Of a stretch of 64,000 bases of DNA, positions 1-13,900 are shown in pieces. Each line of letters starts with the position of its first letter. Within the stretch, counting starts at the first letter, position 1. Position numbers and translations under genes: made by a program. A model generated the notes under the pieces. It had not been told where the DNA came from, ran no database searches, and saw only the letters and a list, made by a program, of their open reading frames with translations. Source of the stretch: Mobula hypostoma (taxonomy: Eukaryota); contig NC_086108.1 of assembly GCF_963921235.1 (NCBI RefSeq), forward strand, positions 103,232,001 to 103,296,000. Reading direction: 5' to 3'.

Positions 1-600
1 ATTTACATATTTTCCCTCTCAACCTCATCCTCCTTCCTACTCCCCATAACCTCTTAACATCCTTACGAATCAAGAACCCATCAAACTCCAATTTAAATAC
101 ACCCAATGACTTGACCTCCACAGCCAATTGTACCAATGAATTCTACAGATTCGCCACCCTCTGGCTAAGGAAATTCCTTCTCATCTCTGTTCTAAAGGGA
201 CTTCCTTCTATTATCAGCTGGTCCCTCCAGACTCTCTATTACAGCAAACATTCTCTCCACATCCATACTATCAAGACCTTTCAATATTCAATAGGTTTCA
301 ATGAGATCCCACCTCATTCTTCTAAACTCCAAAAAGTACAGGCCCAGGACCATCAAGTCCTCTTCATACGCTTAAACTCCTCCATTCTTGGGGCCATTCT
401 CATGAACCTCCTCTGGACCCTCTCCAATGCCAGCACATACTTTCATGATAAGGGGCCCAAAACTGCTCATAATACTCTAAATACAGTCTGGCAAATGCTT
501 TAGAAAGCCTCAGCATTACATCCTTGTTTTTATATTCTAGTTATCTGAAAATGAATGTCAATATTGCATTTTTTTTTTCTTGCTACTAGCTCAACCTGGA
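1..600 (-). mobile_element. CR1-type LINE 3' fragment (degenerate)
   Basis: Reverse strand shows RT C-terminal CR1 motifs (LEY.EQFWAP, RVQRRF.RM) with stops. Confidence 0.8.
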
Positions 601-635
601 TGGTGTTTGTATTCTACCACCATCATCACACTTAC

Positions 636-747
636 CAGTCATGTAGATGAGAATGTTGCTTCTGTCATCTGAAAGCAAACGCTTGGATCGGGGAGTACTG
701 GGAGGCAGACGTCCCGTTAACACCCGCAAGAAGTTTTCAACGGTAAC
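636..747 (-). CDS. PIGK: PIGK exon 5: VTVENFLRVLTGRLPPSTPRSKRLLSDDRSNILIYMT(G); gene continues beyond the left edge
   Basis: 112 nt, ctcag acceptor and GTAAG donor. Ends just before the catalytic GHG motif expected in the next exon. Confidence 0.97.
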
Positions 748-2664
748 CTGAGAATAAAGCACAAGTAATTGAAGACAATGTTTTCCACAGTGTCCAGGTC
801 AACGCCCTCCATTCAACCAACACTGATGAGGGGTCTCAACCCAAAACAATGACTTTTTATTCCCCTCCGTAGATGCTGCCTGACCTGCTGAGTTCCTCCA
901 GCATTTTGTGTGTGCTGCTCTGGATCTCGTTCAGAGTTCAAAGTAAATTTATTATCAAAGTACACATACATCACCATATGCAGCCCTGAGATAAATTTTC
1001 TCTCCGGCATTCACAGTAAATTCAAAGAAACAACAGAATCAATGAAAAACTGAATACAAGACAAGACAACAAACTCCGCAAATACAAAAAAGAAAAACAA
1101 AATAATAATAAACAAACAAGCAATCAATATCGAGAACATGAGACGAAGAGTCCTTGAGAGCGAGTTCATTGGCCGTGTGTGGGAACAGTTCAGTGTAGGG
1201 ATGAGGGAAGTAATTCCCACTGATTCAGGATCCTGATGGTTGAGGGTAATAATTGCTCGTATACTTTTAGCCAACACTTCAGAAATCAAGTCCTGTGATC
1301 ATTTCAGTGTTGTATACAGGATATAGGGATTGTTTGGTCTTTATATCCATTTACTGAGGATTCACTGAACTGAGGAGGGAATTAAGAGTGGACGACATAG
1401 TTGCATCTGGAGGTAATTATGGGCAGACTGGATAATTGTGGTAGATTTCCATTCTTGAAGGATTTTACTAAACCACTTTTGGTTTTTCAACTGCCTAGAA
1501 CCACTGAACCCCAAACAAAACACTCAACACAAATTGTGATCGGTACAGAGTGTCCCCTTGTGCCATCAATTCACCACCCTCTTGCTAAAGAACTTCCACC
1601 TCATCTCTGTCCCGAGACAGTGCCCTCTGCTTCGAGATTCCCCCACACCCTCTCAACATCCTCTCTGTCTAGGCCTCTCAATATTCAGTAAGTAAGGGAA
1701 GTGCACATCCTCTCCCATGTCAAGAAACCACCTGGGTCTAATTAAGTTTCAGTTTTCAAAACTCGGGCCAATTTGGGAACGGATGGAGTAAATTCTGATA
1801 AATACCTCTCTAATCTTCCGAGGCAATTAAAATTAGTCCAGGAGTTCCCTCTTTCACCCATCATCATTAACAGGTACTACTCTTTTGTAGAAAGTGAATT
1901 CAGCCCAGCAAGAACTCACGGAGGAATAAAATTGAAAATTTGCTCAAATTATTTCAAAGCAAGCCCCCAAAGCTAATACGAGAGGAAACAATTTTAAGGT
2001 GATTGGAGGAAAAAATAGCAGTGATATCAACAGTAATTGGTTTTTTTTTTTTTAAAAACACAGAGCTTGGAACACCCTGCCAGGGTTGGTGGTGAAGGCA
2101 GATACATTAGAGGCATTTAAGAAACTCTTAGATGGGCAACAAGATAATGGAAAAATGTAGCAGGGAAGGGTTAAATTGATCTTAGAATAGGTTAAGAGGT
2201 CGACGCAAGATTGGGGGCTGAAGAGCCTGTGCTGTGCTGTAATGTAATGTTCTACGTTTGGTTGTTTGTTTGTTTATTTAGAGATATAGCACGGAACAGG
2301 CCTTTCCCGTCCAAAGAGCCAGACTTTCTATTTAACTCTGGCCTAATCACAGGACAATTTATAATGATCAATTAACCAACTAACCAGTACATCTTTGTGC
2401 TGTGGAAGGGAAGTGGAGCATCCAGAGGAAACCCACGTGGTCTCAGGGAGAACGTACAAACTTCTTACAGACAGCACTAGAATTGAACTCTTAACTTTAA
2501 CACCCTGAGCTATAATAGTGACACACTAACCTCTATGCTACCTTGGTGCCCTCAAGTTCAATCACATCCTATGTTGTAAAGAAGTGGTATAATATATAGT
2601 GGTTAGCACCATGCTTTACAGTACAGGCGACCCAGGTTGAATTCCTCCCACTATTATTAGGCAC

Positions 2665-3975
2665 ATGATAAAATAGGCCATAGTCAGCATGGTTTCCTCA
2701 AGGGAATATCTTGCCTGACAAATCTGTTCCAATTCTTTGAAGAAATAACAAGGTTAGACAAAGGAGAATCAGTTGATGTTGTGTACTTGGATTTATAGAA
2801 GGCCCTTGACAAGGTGCCACACGAGGCTGCTTAACAAGTTATGAGCCCATGGTATTACAGGAAAGATTCTAGCATGGATAAAGCATTGGCTGATTGGTAG
2901 GAAGCAAACAGTGGGAATAAAGGGAGCCTTTTTTGGTTAGCTACCAGTGGTAAGTGGTGTTCCACAGGGGTCTGTATAGGACCAATTCATTTTACGTTAT
3001 ATGTTATTGATTTGGATGATGGAATTGATGGCTTTGTTGCAAAGTTTGCAAATTATATGAAGATTGGTGGAGAGGCTGGTAGTTTTTAGGAAATAGAGAG
3101 GCTCCAGAAGGACTTGAACAGATTAGGAGAATAGGCAAAGAAGTGGCAGATGGAATACAGTGTTGGGAAGTGTACGGTAGAAGAAATGAAAGGGTTGAGT
3201 ATTTCCTAAGTGGAGAGAAAGTACAAAAAACTGAGGCGCAAAAGGACTTGGGAGTCCTCGTGTAGGATTCCCAAAGGTTAGTTTGCAGGTTGAGTCTGTG
3301 GTGAGGAAGGCAAATGCAATGTTAGCTTCATTTAGTCAAGACGACTAAAATATAAAAGCAAGAATGTAATGTTGAGACTTTACAAAGCACTGGTGAGGCC
3401 TCACTTGTTGGAGTATTGTGAGCAGTTTCGGGTCCCTTAACTTAGAAAAGATGTGCTGAAACTGGAGAAGGTTCAAAGGAGGTTCACAAAAATGATTCCA
3501 CGATTGAACGGCTTGTCAAATGAGGAGCATTTGATGGCTCTGGGTCTGTATTCACTAGAATTCAGAAGAATGAGGGGTGACCACATTGAAATCTATCCAC
3601 AATGGTGAAAGATATTCCTCCATTAATAGAGTGAATGTGGAGAGAATGTTTCCTATGGTGGGAGAATCTAAGACCAGAGGACACAGCCTCAGAATAGAGG
3701 GGCATCCTTTTAGAACAGAGGTGGGGAGGAATATCTTTAGCCAGAGTGGTGAATCTGTGGAATTCTCTGCCGCAGGCAGCTGTGGAGGTCAACACTTTAT
3801 GTGTATTTAAGGCAGAGGTTGATAGATTATTGATTGGTCAAGGCATGAAGAGATACAGGAAGAAAACAGGAGATTGGGGCTGACAGGAAAATTGGATCAG
3901 CCATGATGGAATGGCAGAACAGACTCAATCAGCCAAATTACCCTAATTCTGCTCCCATTTCTTATGGGCTTTTGA
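2665..3975 (+). mobile_element. CR1-type LINE, RT domain to 3' end (degenerate)
   Basis: SQHGF, SCLTNL, SGVPQGSV, HLEYCEQF and SKTRGHSLRI motifs with frameshifts, ending in a TCTTATGG-type tail. Confidence 0.9.
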
Positions 3976-4046
3976 TCTTATTAGATGAGCAAACACAAGC
4001 AACTTTCACTCCACACACAGCATCACAGTACAATAAGGAATCTGAC

Positions 4047-4182
4047 CTCGTAGCCTCGGTAGTCAACCTCCACACTCTCTCCATATACATTCAGCTCCAT
4101 GTTCCTGTGGCTGAAGATAGTGGCAGGTTTTGGGTTCCTTGGGTTACATGCCATGTCATCAGCGAGCATCAGTACAATGTGA
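4047..4182 (-). CDS. PIGK: PIGK exon 4: (S)HIVLMLADDMACNPRNPKPATIFSHRNMELNVYGESVEVDYRGYE
   Basis: 136 nt, tttcag acceptor and GTCAGA donor, phase matches exon 3. Conserved MLADDMACNPRN and EVDYRGYE motifs. Confidence 0.97.
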
Positions 4183-4289
4183 CTGAAAGAGAAATAAGTT
4201 AGCAACTAGATTCAGTATGCAGCTGATGGTTTGAAATATAGGAGCAAAATCCACCTCCAGTATATACACTCAACCAATGTACATCTTCA

Positions 4290-4655
4290 TCATCATTATG
4301 TGCCATGTCGCATGATGTGGGTGATCATGGTCCCATGAACACGATTGTTCTTAGCAAATTTTTCTACAGAAGTGATTTGCCATTGCCTTCTTCCGGGCAG
4401 TGTTTTTACAAGATGGGTGACCCCAGCCATTGTCAATACTCTTCAGTGATTGTCTGCCTGGTGTCAGTGGTCACATAACCAGGACTTGTGATATGCACCA
4501 GCTGCACATATGACCATCCACCACCTGATCCCATGGCTTCACGTGACCCTGATCAGGGGGTGCTATTCTTTTCCCAAGGGTGACCTGCAGGCTCGCAAAG
4601 GGAAGGAGCACCATGCACATCCTTTGGTAGAGATGTATCTCCATCCCGCCACCCA
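4290..4655 (-). mobile_element. Short interspersed repeat (SINE-like); second copy at ~31880-32260
   Basis: Two clearly homologous copies in the window, each with a (CAT)n/(ATG)n terminal microsatellite. Confidence 0.6.
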
Positions 4656-6480
4656 ATTATCTATAGCCTTGATTGATACTTTGAGCTATGTAAGATCAGA
4701 GCAATGCACTGGTGATGACAGCAGAGGCTATGATTTAGATTTGAGAGAGATTCACTTTATTTCTCACATGTACATCGAAACAGAGTGAAATGCGTCAACA
4801 CACACAAAAGGTTGGAGGAACTCAGCAGGTCAAGCAGCATCTCCTGACCTGCTGCGTTCTTCCAGCATTTTGCACGTTTCACTGGACTTCCATTATTTGA
4901 AGAATCTCTTGTGCAGCCACTGGTGTCAACTAACACAGTCCGAATATGAGCTGGAGACAGCTGACAAGTGTCGCCATGCTTTCAGTACCAACATTGCCTT
5001 CCCACAACTTACCAACCCTAACTCATACGTCATTCAAATGTGGGAGGAAACTAGAGCACCCAAAAGAAAAGTCATGCAGTCACCGGAAAAATACACAAAC
5101 TCCTTACAGGCAGTGGCTGGAACGGAACCCCAGTCGCTGTTCACTGGTGCTGTAATAGCATTATGCTAATCTCTATGCAATCATGGTGCCTTTATTTGGA
5201 ATAAATGGCAATTTAAGTAAAATATAGATACATGACACAAACCCCAGCCAGCAGCTACTGCACTGTCATGGGCAGTATACGAGCTGTCAGGTCAACTCCC
5301 CATCTAAAAATAATTCATTTGTGATTAAATAGGATTTAAATTTATTCACAGGAGTACACAAGAATGAAGGGTTATTTGATAGAGGTATACAAAATTATGA
5401 GTGGTATAGATAGGGTAAAGGCAAGTAAGACCTTTTCCACCGAGGTTGGGTGGGACTAGAACTAGTCATTATAGGTTAAGGGTGTAAGGTGAAATATTTC
5501 AGGAGAACGAGGGGCAACAGAGGGTGGTGAAAGTGTGGAATGAGCTGCCAGCAAAAGTGGTGGATGCAGGTTCAATTGCAACATTTAAGAGAAATTTGGA
5601 TAGGAACATGGATGAGAAAGGCATGGAGTGATCTGTTCTGGTTGCAGGTTAATGCGACTAGACAAAATAATAGTTCAGCATGGACTAGATGGACCGAAGG
5701 GCATTCTTCTGTGCTGTAGTGCTCTATGACCCTATCTGCAGCAAAGACTGTACTGCAGCTTTTAAAGACTCAAATGGTTTCAAACTCTCAACATGAGATT
5801 TACGACTAGTATTGGATTTAAGGCTCTTCATAATTATTTGCAAACATTAGTAAGACTGTTACAAGTTTCCTAACTGGGAGGGAGAATAACCCAAGGCTGT
5901 AGTCCTCAATCGACACCCAACAGGCTCCCGGCTGATGAATATAGTCTAGATGAGGATGGAGGGGCAAGGCATGACAAATTCAATAGTGGTCCTTTCCACT
6001 AACATCTGATCATTTTTACTGATACCTGCTCATCGTATCTTGTTACACACAAATCTCCTACATGTGACAGATCATTATGAAGAATATTAAGTTCAACTCA
6101 CAAAGGCATTGGAAAAACTTAGTGGGTCAAGCAGCAGCTATGGAGAGAAATGGTCAGTCAATGTTTCAGGTTGAGACCCTTCTTCAGGTCCTGAAAGGTC
6201 AACCCTCCATAGATGCTGGCTGATCTGCTGACTTTCTCCAACACCTTTGTGTGTTACTCCAGATTTCCAGCTTCAGCTGTTGCTTGTGTCTCCATGAATA
6301 TTAGGATGATTTCCCCTCAATTGAAGAAATCTCTGTTTAAAAGCAAGTTTACTCCTTTATTCTTCAATTAAATTAATTACTCTGTAGGTGTTGAAAATGT
6401 TTTAAAAGTCCAAGATTGCAGTACACAATTATAACATAATCAGATTCTGTATTTCTAGATGAGAGTGCAGCTGTTCTTAC

Positions 6481-6572
6481 CTGTCTGGGATCCCCAATCG
6501 CTTGACGCTCCTGTAAATTGACAATGTATTGGCAACGTGGCGGTAGTTGAACCAGAATCTGGATGTACACAC
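6481..6572 (-). CDS. PIGK: PIGK exon 3: [30 protein letters not shown](S)
   Basis: 92 nt, AG acceptor and GTAAG donor, carries the conserved [10 protein letters not shown] motif. Confidence 0.97.
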
Positions 6573-6964
6573 CTTGGGAGCAAGAATCAGAGAAACACAG
6601 CAATTAACTCGCATCACAGGGAATCTATTGGCATCTGACAAGATGCAAAACCAAAACGCGCTGCAGCAATTGTCTTTTCTTTGTCAAACTAACAGCAAGA
6701 TTTTTATGCAATAAATCATATTGACTAGTCTTAAAGTAATGGAGCAAAATTCCATACCCTTATGCCCAGGATATCTATATATTTATATATAGATATATCT
6801 ATATATCTATAAATATATCTATACATTTAACAACATTGGGTCTATTACATTCTATGCTGTGGAGAGTCAAATGCTCATGCAGACACTTTTTTAATGTTCT
6901 GAATACCTCCACCATTTCTTCAAGCAGTGCATTCTAAACTTAGCTGTAAAAATCATCTTTTTGT

Positions 6965-7270
6965 GCCATATTGTATGACGTTGGCGATCACGGTCTTCCA
7001 TTTGTCTTTAATCTGAGAAGTTCTAATAAGCTCTTCAAAACTTCTGCCTGCCCATCCTTTGATGTAACTCATGAAAGTCATGTGCTGTCAACCATGACTT
7101 TTTCTTCCATCAGTACTTCCTGTTACTGCACGATGTTCAAGCTTCTCTTTCCTCAGTAATGTCCCATAAGTTCCTAGAGGTGTAAAAATATTTCTTCAGA
7201 CTTCCTCTAAACTTATTTGAAGGTATTTATCCTATCTATTCCTCTCTTAAGTCTTCCTTGATTTAGAAGC
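6965..7270 (-). mobile_element. RTE-like LINE 3' fragment
   Basis: Reverse strand shows YYGHY.., IVQ.QEVL..GK and a W..VIANV terminal motif typical of RTE-clade RT C-termini. Confidence 0.5.
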
Positions 7271-8767
7271 ACTTGCAATTTAACTTGCAAAATGTGAAAT
7301 TGTCGTTTAATTATATTAACCACTGCTTTGGCATATTTATGGTCTAAATGGTCTCCTCACCTTAGATCTAGGCATCTCTGTCATTGGGAAAAGCTTCTAA
7401 CTCTCTACCCGACCTACGCCTCTCATGTTGTATCAGGTCTCCCCTCAGCCTCCACCACTCCATGGAAAACAAACATAGATCATCCAGTCTGTCCTCACAA
7501 CTGAAATGGTCCATCCCAGCTAACGATCTGGTGAATCTGGCTGAGCAGACTAGAGGCAACACAGCATGCTGGCTTCCATCCTTTTCATTATAATGTTGTT
7601 CCCTAGGTTGAGCCTGTGTTGAGGGAGCAGCACACTACAAGATATTAAGCTATGTTGGATCCACTGTTTAATTCTTAGATTAGACTATTTAGTTATTACT
7701 TTCTTTGCAGTTTAACTATTATCTGCTTGTATAGTACTTTAAGCAGTTATTATATGGATGTAACAGTTTAATATGCACCCTAGCGGTTATATTGGTATGA
7801 TTCTGGAAACTTCTCCAGGTACTGCATTAATATTAGCTTTCTTATCAGTTGACTCGTATCTACAAATTTGAATGGAACTTTCCTTACCTATGGATATAAA
7901 AGAGCTACGTCATAAGGCAGCGCATTCTTAGATCTTAGCTTTCCCTTCACTTAGCAGACCTCTGTCACTGTCTGTTTCAAGTTTCCTTTGTTCCATCAAC
8001 ATTTAATAAAAATACTGTGAAGCAACAAGTTCTCTGCCTTTTTTCTGACTTCTCAAAGTACCTTGGACTTGAACATCAGAATGCAACAACTACATACGAT
8101 CAGGACACATTTGCTGTAGCACTGTATATGGCCTCCGTTGGCCAAGGTAGATCATGGACGTTACTTGCTGTCTACATTTATGGTGGAGTGCCGTCTGTGG
8201 CTGATGAGACCGAGGCAAGAATGACAGTCTCTGTTGCAAAGGTCGTATCTATACCGTGTCTCAGCTCTGCTGCAGCTGCAGCATTCATTTTTATAGGCCC
8301 GCTTGTCTTCTGCTGCTTTTCAGGAATTTTTCATTGCCTGACTTGAGGTGTTGTTCCCGAACACCTCTCCATGGTGGTAGTTATTTATTTATTTGTTTAT
8401 TTGTTTAATCTTGCAGAATAGGCCCTCCCAGCTCTTCAAGCCATGCTGCCAGCAATCCCAGATGTAACCAGAGTCAAATCACAAGACAATTAATTATGAC
8501 CAATTAATCTACTAACCGCTACATCATTGGACTGTCGGAGGAAACCAGAGGACCTGGAGGAAAACCATGTATTCCACAGACCCCTTACAGAGAGCCTCAG
8601 GAACGAACTCCAAACTCCAACACCCCCAGCTGTAACACCATCACACTAACCACTGATTTTTACATCCCACCATGTAAACCAGAATTTGCCCAGACAGGCA
8701 TTCAGTATAGGTTCCATCAAACACTGCCAAGGTACTTGAAGTTATCTAGTAGTTGATGCAATCTTAC

Positions 8768-8821
8768 CAACACAGCCCAATTGTTTGTGTGGCCACTCTT
8801 GAAGAACTGATTTACTCGACG
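8768..8821 (-). CDS. PIGK: PIGK exon 2: RRVNQFFKSGHTNNWAVL
   Basis: Acceptor ttttttctgcag, 54 nt, donor GTAAG. HTNNWAVL is the signature of the GPI8/legumain-like C13 family. Confidence 0.96.
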
Positions 8822-10419
8822 CTGCAGAAAAAATAAAGTAAATTCAAGTTAGGAAATATTCTAAACGCTATTACAAATGGAAAGCTGAACATAACCCATG
8901 GCTTGTTCACTTCTGCTTATTTATAAACTGGTTTATCACAATCAATCTGAACAGGCCCTTTGGCCCATGATGTCTGCCAGCCACAGTGCCAATTTAAACT
9001 ACTCCCATTTGCATGCACATGGTCCAACAGAACATAGATGGTCTAAAAGAACATAGATTAATAAGTAAATATAACTGATTCTGCAGATGATCACACACGA
9101 AAGCCACCACTTTGCTTCATTACGATGATGTGTGAACGTTTAACTATTCAGGAGTGTGGCAGGCATTTGCATTCCTCCCATTAGGTATTTTGTTTTTCTG
9201 TCAAGTTCTTCCAAAGGGTTACGGGGAGTAGGCAGGAGATTGAGTCTGAGAGGGAAATGGTTCTGCCATGATGAATTGGTGGAGCACACTCAGTGGGCCA
9301 AATGTCCTAATTCTGCTCCTATATCTTATGGTCTCATAGTCTAAAAAGTTGGAGGAACTTAGCAGGTCAAATAGCATCTATGGAGAGGGACAAACAGTCA
9401 ACATTTCAGGCCAAAATCCTTTATCATGACTTAAGAGAGTATAGAAATCTGCAAAAGCACGAAACCTTAAACGGTCCAAGTAACTTTCACTTAGATCTAC
9501 ATATGGTTCTGAGGTCAATAGTTGGGGTAACACAGCAGTGTGGTGGTTAGTGCAATGCTTCACAGCGCCAGTTGTAAGATCGCAGTTTAATTCTTGCAAA
9601 CTTAAAACTTGCATCGGCAATTTTGCAGCGCTTGGAGTTCATGGCAGGGAGAGTTTCTTCCTTCTAACGTCTGCGTGAGATGATGGGGCTATCGGGACTT
9701 GAGACTTTTCTTTACCGTGCTCTTTATCAAATTACGGTATTGCTTTGCACTGTTGTAACTATATGTTATAATTATGTGTGTGGTTTTGTCAGTTTTAGTC
9801 TTGGTTTGTCCTGTGTTTCTGTGATACCTTTCTGGAGGAACATTGTATCATTTTTTAATGCATGCATTTCTAGATGACAATAAACGAGGACTGAGTGTCC
9901 TCATAATCTAATCTAATTCCCACGAATGTACGTAAACAGTTTGTACGACTGTGTTGGTTTTCTCAGGGTGCTCCAGTTTCCACCAACATTCCAAAGATGC
10001 ACAGTTAGGGTTAGTAAGTTGTGGGCATTTTATATTGGCACCAGAAGTGTAGTGACACTTGTGGGCTGCTCAGCACAATTCTTGCTGATTTGATTTGATG
10101 CAAATGATTCTATTTCACTGTATGTTTTGACTAATAAAGCTAATCCTTAAGATCTTAATCTTTATTGGAGTAAAGACCCAAACTCAGACTTGACTGGGTT
10201 AATTCAGCTGCCCTCTGATTGCCAGCCTTCCAAGAATCTTCAAAACAAGGATTTCTTTAAGAAGCTCTCGCATTCAGACTGTAGCTGGTGTGAGCTCGAA
10301 AAGACCATTCATTCCCCAGTGGTAGCGTAATGCCACCTTGACACTAACAGAGGATCCAGTCCAATCAACAACCATACCTGGAGTTTATAATGAAATGGTA
10401 CTGAGTGCCAGGTTTTCAC

Positions 10420-10980
10420 TATTCTCTCTGACATTCCCCTCTCTGAAGCTGAACATTTTGTCCTCAGTAAGGACCTCATGTTTGTCCCCTGTGCCCACAC
10501 CTCAGTGAGCTCCACACCCGCCATAACGCCGAGTTCTTCTTCCACTGCCTCTGTCTCTGTGCCTACTCCCTTGGCAAGGACTCTCCAGCCAGCACCAATA
10601 ACTCCTTCTCCCGCCTTCAGCCCCTCCTCCTATCTTCAGCCCTCCACCTCGTCATGAACAACTCTGCTCTGGTCTTCCGCCTGCTCTGCATTTTTTCATT
10701 GCCAACTGCCGAAGCAATATCAACCATCTCCACTTCACCACTCCTCTCTCCAACTCCAACCTCACTCCTTCCAAACGCTCTGCTCTCCACTCTCTCCGCA
10801 CTAATCCTAACCTCACCATCAAACCCATGGACAAGGAGGGGGTGCTGTAGTAGTCTGGCAGACTGACCCCTACCTTGCCGAGGTCAGACACCTCCTCTTA
10901 CTTACCCCTCGATCAGGATCCTCTTAAGGAGCACCAGGTCATTGTCTCCCACACCATCACTGACTTTATTAACTCTGGTG
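10420..10980 (+). mobile_element. Penelope-like element ORF fragment (N-terminal/pre-RT region)
   Basis: Motifs LSEAE..VLSKGL.FVP and NPNLTIKP.DK.G.VVVW, degenerate. Confidence 0.65.
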
Positions 10981-13900
10981 AGTTAATAACCTTATTTATT
11001 ATAGTGAGAACCTTTATTTCAGAGTAAAGAGCTAGGGATAATAGTTCAGGGTAAATAGGCATTATTTTGGACTGCCATGATTCCCTGCATAAAGGATTAA
11101 ACAATTTTTGTTATCCTCTAATATTTGGGAATTTTAAATTTATTGGGGAAAAAAAATCAAAGGATGCAGGGATCTAGCAAGAAATTGGACGAAATACAGA
11201 GCAACACTCACAGAACACCGGAGGAACTCAGTAGGTCAGGCAGCATCTATGGACAGGAATAAACTGTTGATGTTTCAGGTTGAAACCCTTCACCAGGACT
11301 TATCATTAGAACGTTTCGGATCTCAGCCCAAAACATTGACTATATATTCCTCTCCATAGGTGCTGCCTGACCCACTGAGTTCCTCAGGCATTTTGTGTGC
11401 ATTGCTCCACATTCCCAGCATCTGCAGAATCTCTTGTGCTAGAATGAAATACAGGACTGGCCGTGACCTTCATGATTCCTAGTGTGGACTCAGATAGGCA
11501 CATAGCCCTAATATATTCCTCATGTGCTTAACAATAGAGTTTTACATCACTTGAGAGACACGTTTAACAGAACAAAGTTAATGCACGAAACTGACTGCTT
11601 AAACACGCTCAAATCTATCTGCTTGGAATAAGTTCACTATTACAAAACCGGTCTATACCAGCCACTTTAGTCACATAAACACAAGAGATTCTGCAGATGT
11701 TGTTCATCCACAGCATCAGGACAACTGACTTCACATACTGAAAAGAAAAGCCAAGAAGTCAAGGCAGAATCGGGAGGAGTACAAGCTGGCAGATGATGTG
11801 AGACAAGGTGAGGGAGAAGGTAGGTGGGTGGGGAAGGGGTTATGAGGTCAGAAGCTGGGAGGTGTTAGGCGGAATAGGTAAGTGACCGGAGAAGTAGGAA
11901 TCTGATACCTAGTCAGACAAAAGACTGACCACAGGAGAAAGGAGAGGAAATGATGGGCAGGTGCAGAGAAGAGAAGGGTTGAGGAGGGAGACAGACAGAA
12001 TGGGGAATAGGAAAGGAGAGGATGCTGTGGGGGGGGGGTGGAGATGAGAAATAACCGTAAATGGAAAAAGAGAGGAGGGAGGATATTTTAATCTTGGAAA
12101 ATCTTTCAAGCCATAGCAGACAGAGAACCAAAGGTGCTCTCAAAGAAACAGATTTTAGCCGACGGGGGTGGGGGGGGGGGGGAGTAGTTTTGTGAAGAGA
12201 ATTCCAGGTCTCTGTTTATGTGCAAAGATCAGCTGTGGGTAAACTCCTACCAAGACTGAATCAACAAAGCCATACAGTTCAAATCTCAATTTACGATATC
12301 ATCAATAAATATACCAAACAAATCCAACAACAAAAAAAAACTCTTAAAATAAATCAGGGCCATTGCAGCTAGGCCAAGGCGGAAGGGGGAGGACTGCAAG
12401 CTGTGCCATATATGCCTCATCAGTTGGCGAGAAATGAGATTCTGAGTTTAATTTCAGGAGGGGATTTATTTCTCTGATGATCCAATACCTTATTAATAAG
12501 GTGGCAATTTGATTAACTCCAGGCAGCTGGGCTCTCTTCAGTAATTACTGCCAATTGCTTAAATCTCTGATACAAATCTAATTAGGTTCTTAATAATATA
12601 TCTCAAGAACTACATTCCTTAATAAGTGAATTATTTAAAAACATTTCATCACTATCCTAATCCTTGGAGTTCCACGATTAAAATATACCCTGGTGGTGCA
12701 AGTAAGAAGGGGATTGCAATCTGCCTTACACTTAGATTTCTGAATGCCACACAATTCTCCCATTTTGATTTTATATCCTCCTGGAACCTGGGAAGGAGAA
12801 AACATTTCAACAGCAGCTTTCTAAGTCAGCAAATGATTTTTTTTTAGGCCTTCAGAGTTCAAAGTAAAATTTATTATCAGAATACATAGTTCTCACCATA
12901 TTCTTTTTCCTGCAGGCATGCTCGGCAAACCTATAGTACAGTATCCGTAAACAGGGTCAATGAAAGAGCGAGAGCATAGAAGACGAGAAACTGTGCAACT
13001 GCAGATATAGACAAATAGCTATAAATAACGAGAGCTTGAAAGAATAAGATAAAGAGTCCTTAAAGTGAGATCACATTGGTTGTGGGAACATCTCAACAGA
13101 CGTGCAGTTATCCTCTTTTGCTCAAGGGCCTGATGGTTGAGGGTTGTAACTGTTCTTGAACCTGGTGGTGCAAGTCCTGAGGCTCTTGTACCCTCTGCCT
13201 GATGGCAGCAGTGAGAAAATGCATGACTTGGGTGGTGAGGATGGTTGATAATGGATGTGCTTTTCTACGGCAACATTTCATGTAGAAAATTACAATGGAC
13301 GTTTACAAAATGAAGATAACAACATCTGTTAATCATAAGTTGGAACAATTTTATTCATTCTGGAAAAAATGGTTTAACTACATAACACCTCATAGGCCTG
13401 ATTTTATTCTCACAAGTCAATGAATATGCTGTAAAAAAAAAGATCACTCCCTACTCTGTACACAGTTTTCTTCTTTCGATTGTTCTTTCTTTCCTCTCCT
13501 TTCTATCAGATAAATATTATGTGGAGATTTGTGACAAATATGATTATATAATATGTACAGTATCTGAAAAACATCTTATGGAAATGTTTGATGATGAAAT
13601 TCAATAAAAAAATAAATTCCAAAAATAAGAAAAAGGAAAACTTGGACAGGTACATGGATGAGAGGTGTATGGGGGGATATGGTCCAGGTGCAGGTCAGTG
13701 GGACTAGGCAGAAAAATGGTTCGGCACAGCCAAGAAGGGCCAAAAGGCCTGTTTCTGTGCTGTAATGTTCTATGGTTCTATGTGCTCAATGGCTGGGAGG
13801 GTTTACCCGTTAGGTACTGGGCCGAATCCACTACAGTGGTATCTTTTGTAGGGTTTTCCTCTCAAAGGCATTGGTGTTCCCATACCAGGCCATAATGCAG

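Noticed and set aside
6771..6825. Quasi-palindromic AT stretch
   Set aside because: Degenerate (AT)n microsatellite, so the symmetry is trivial.
12163..12183. G-run that could form a G-quadruplex
   Set aside because: A simple homopolymer like several others in the window, with no supporting context.
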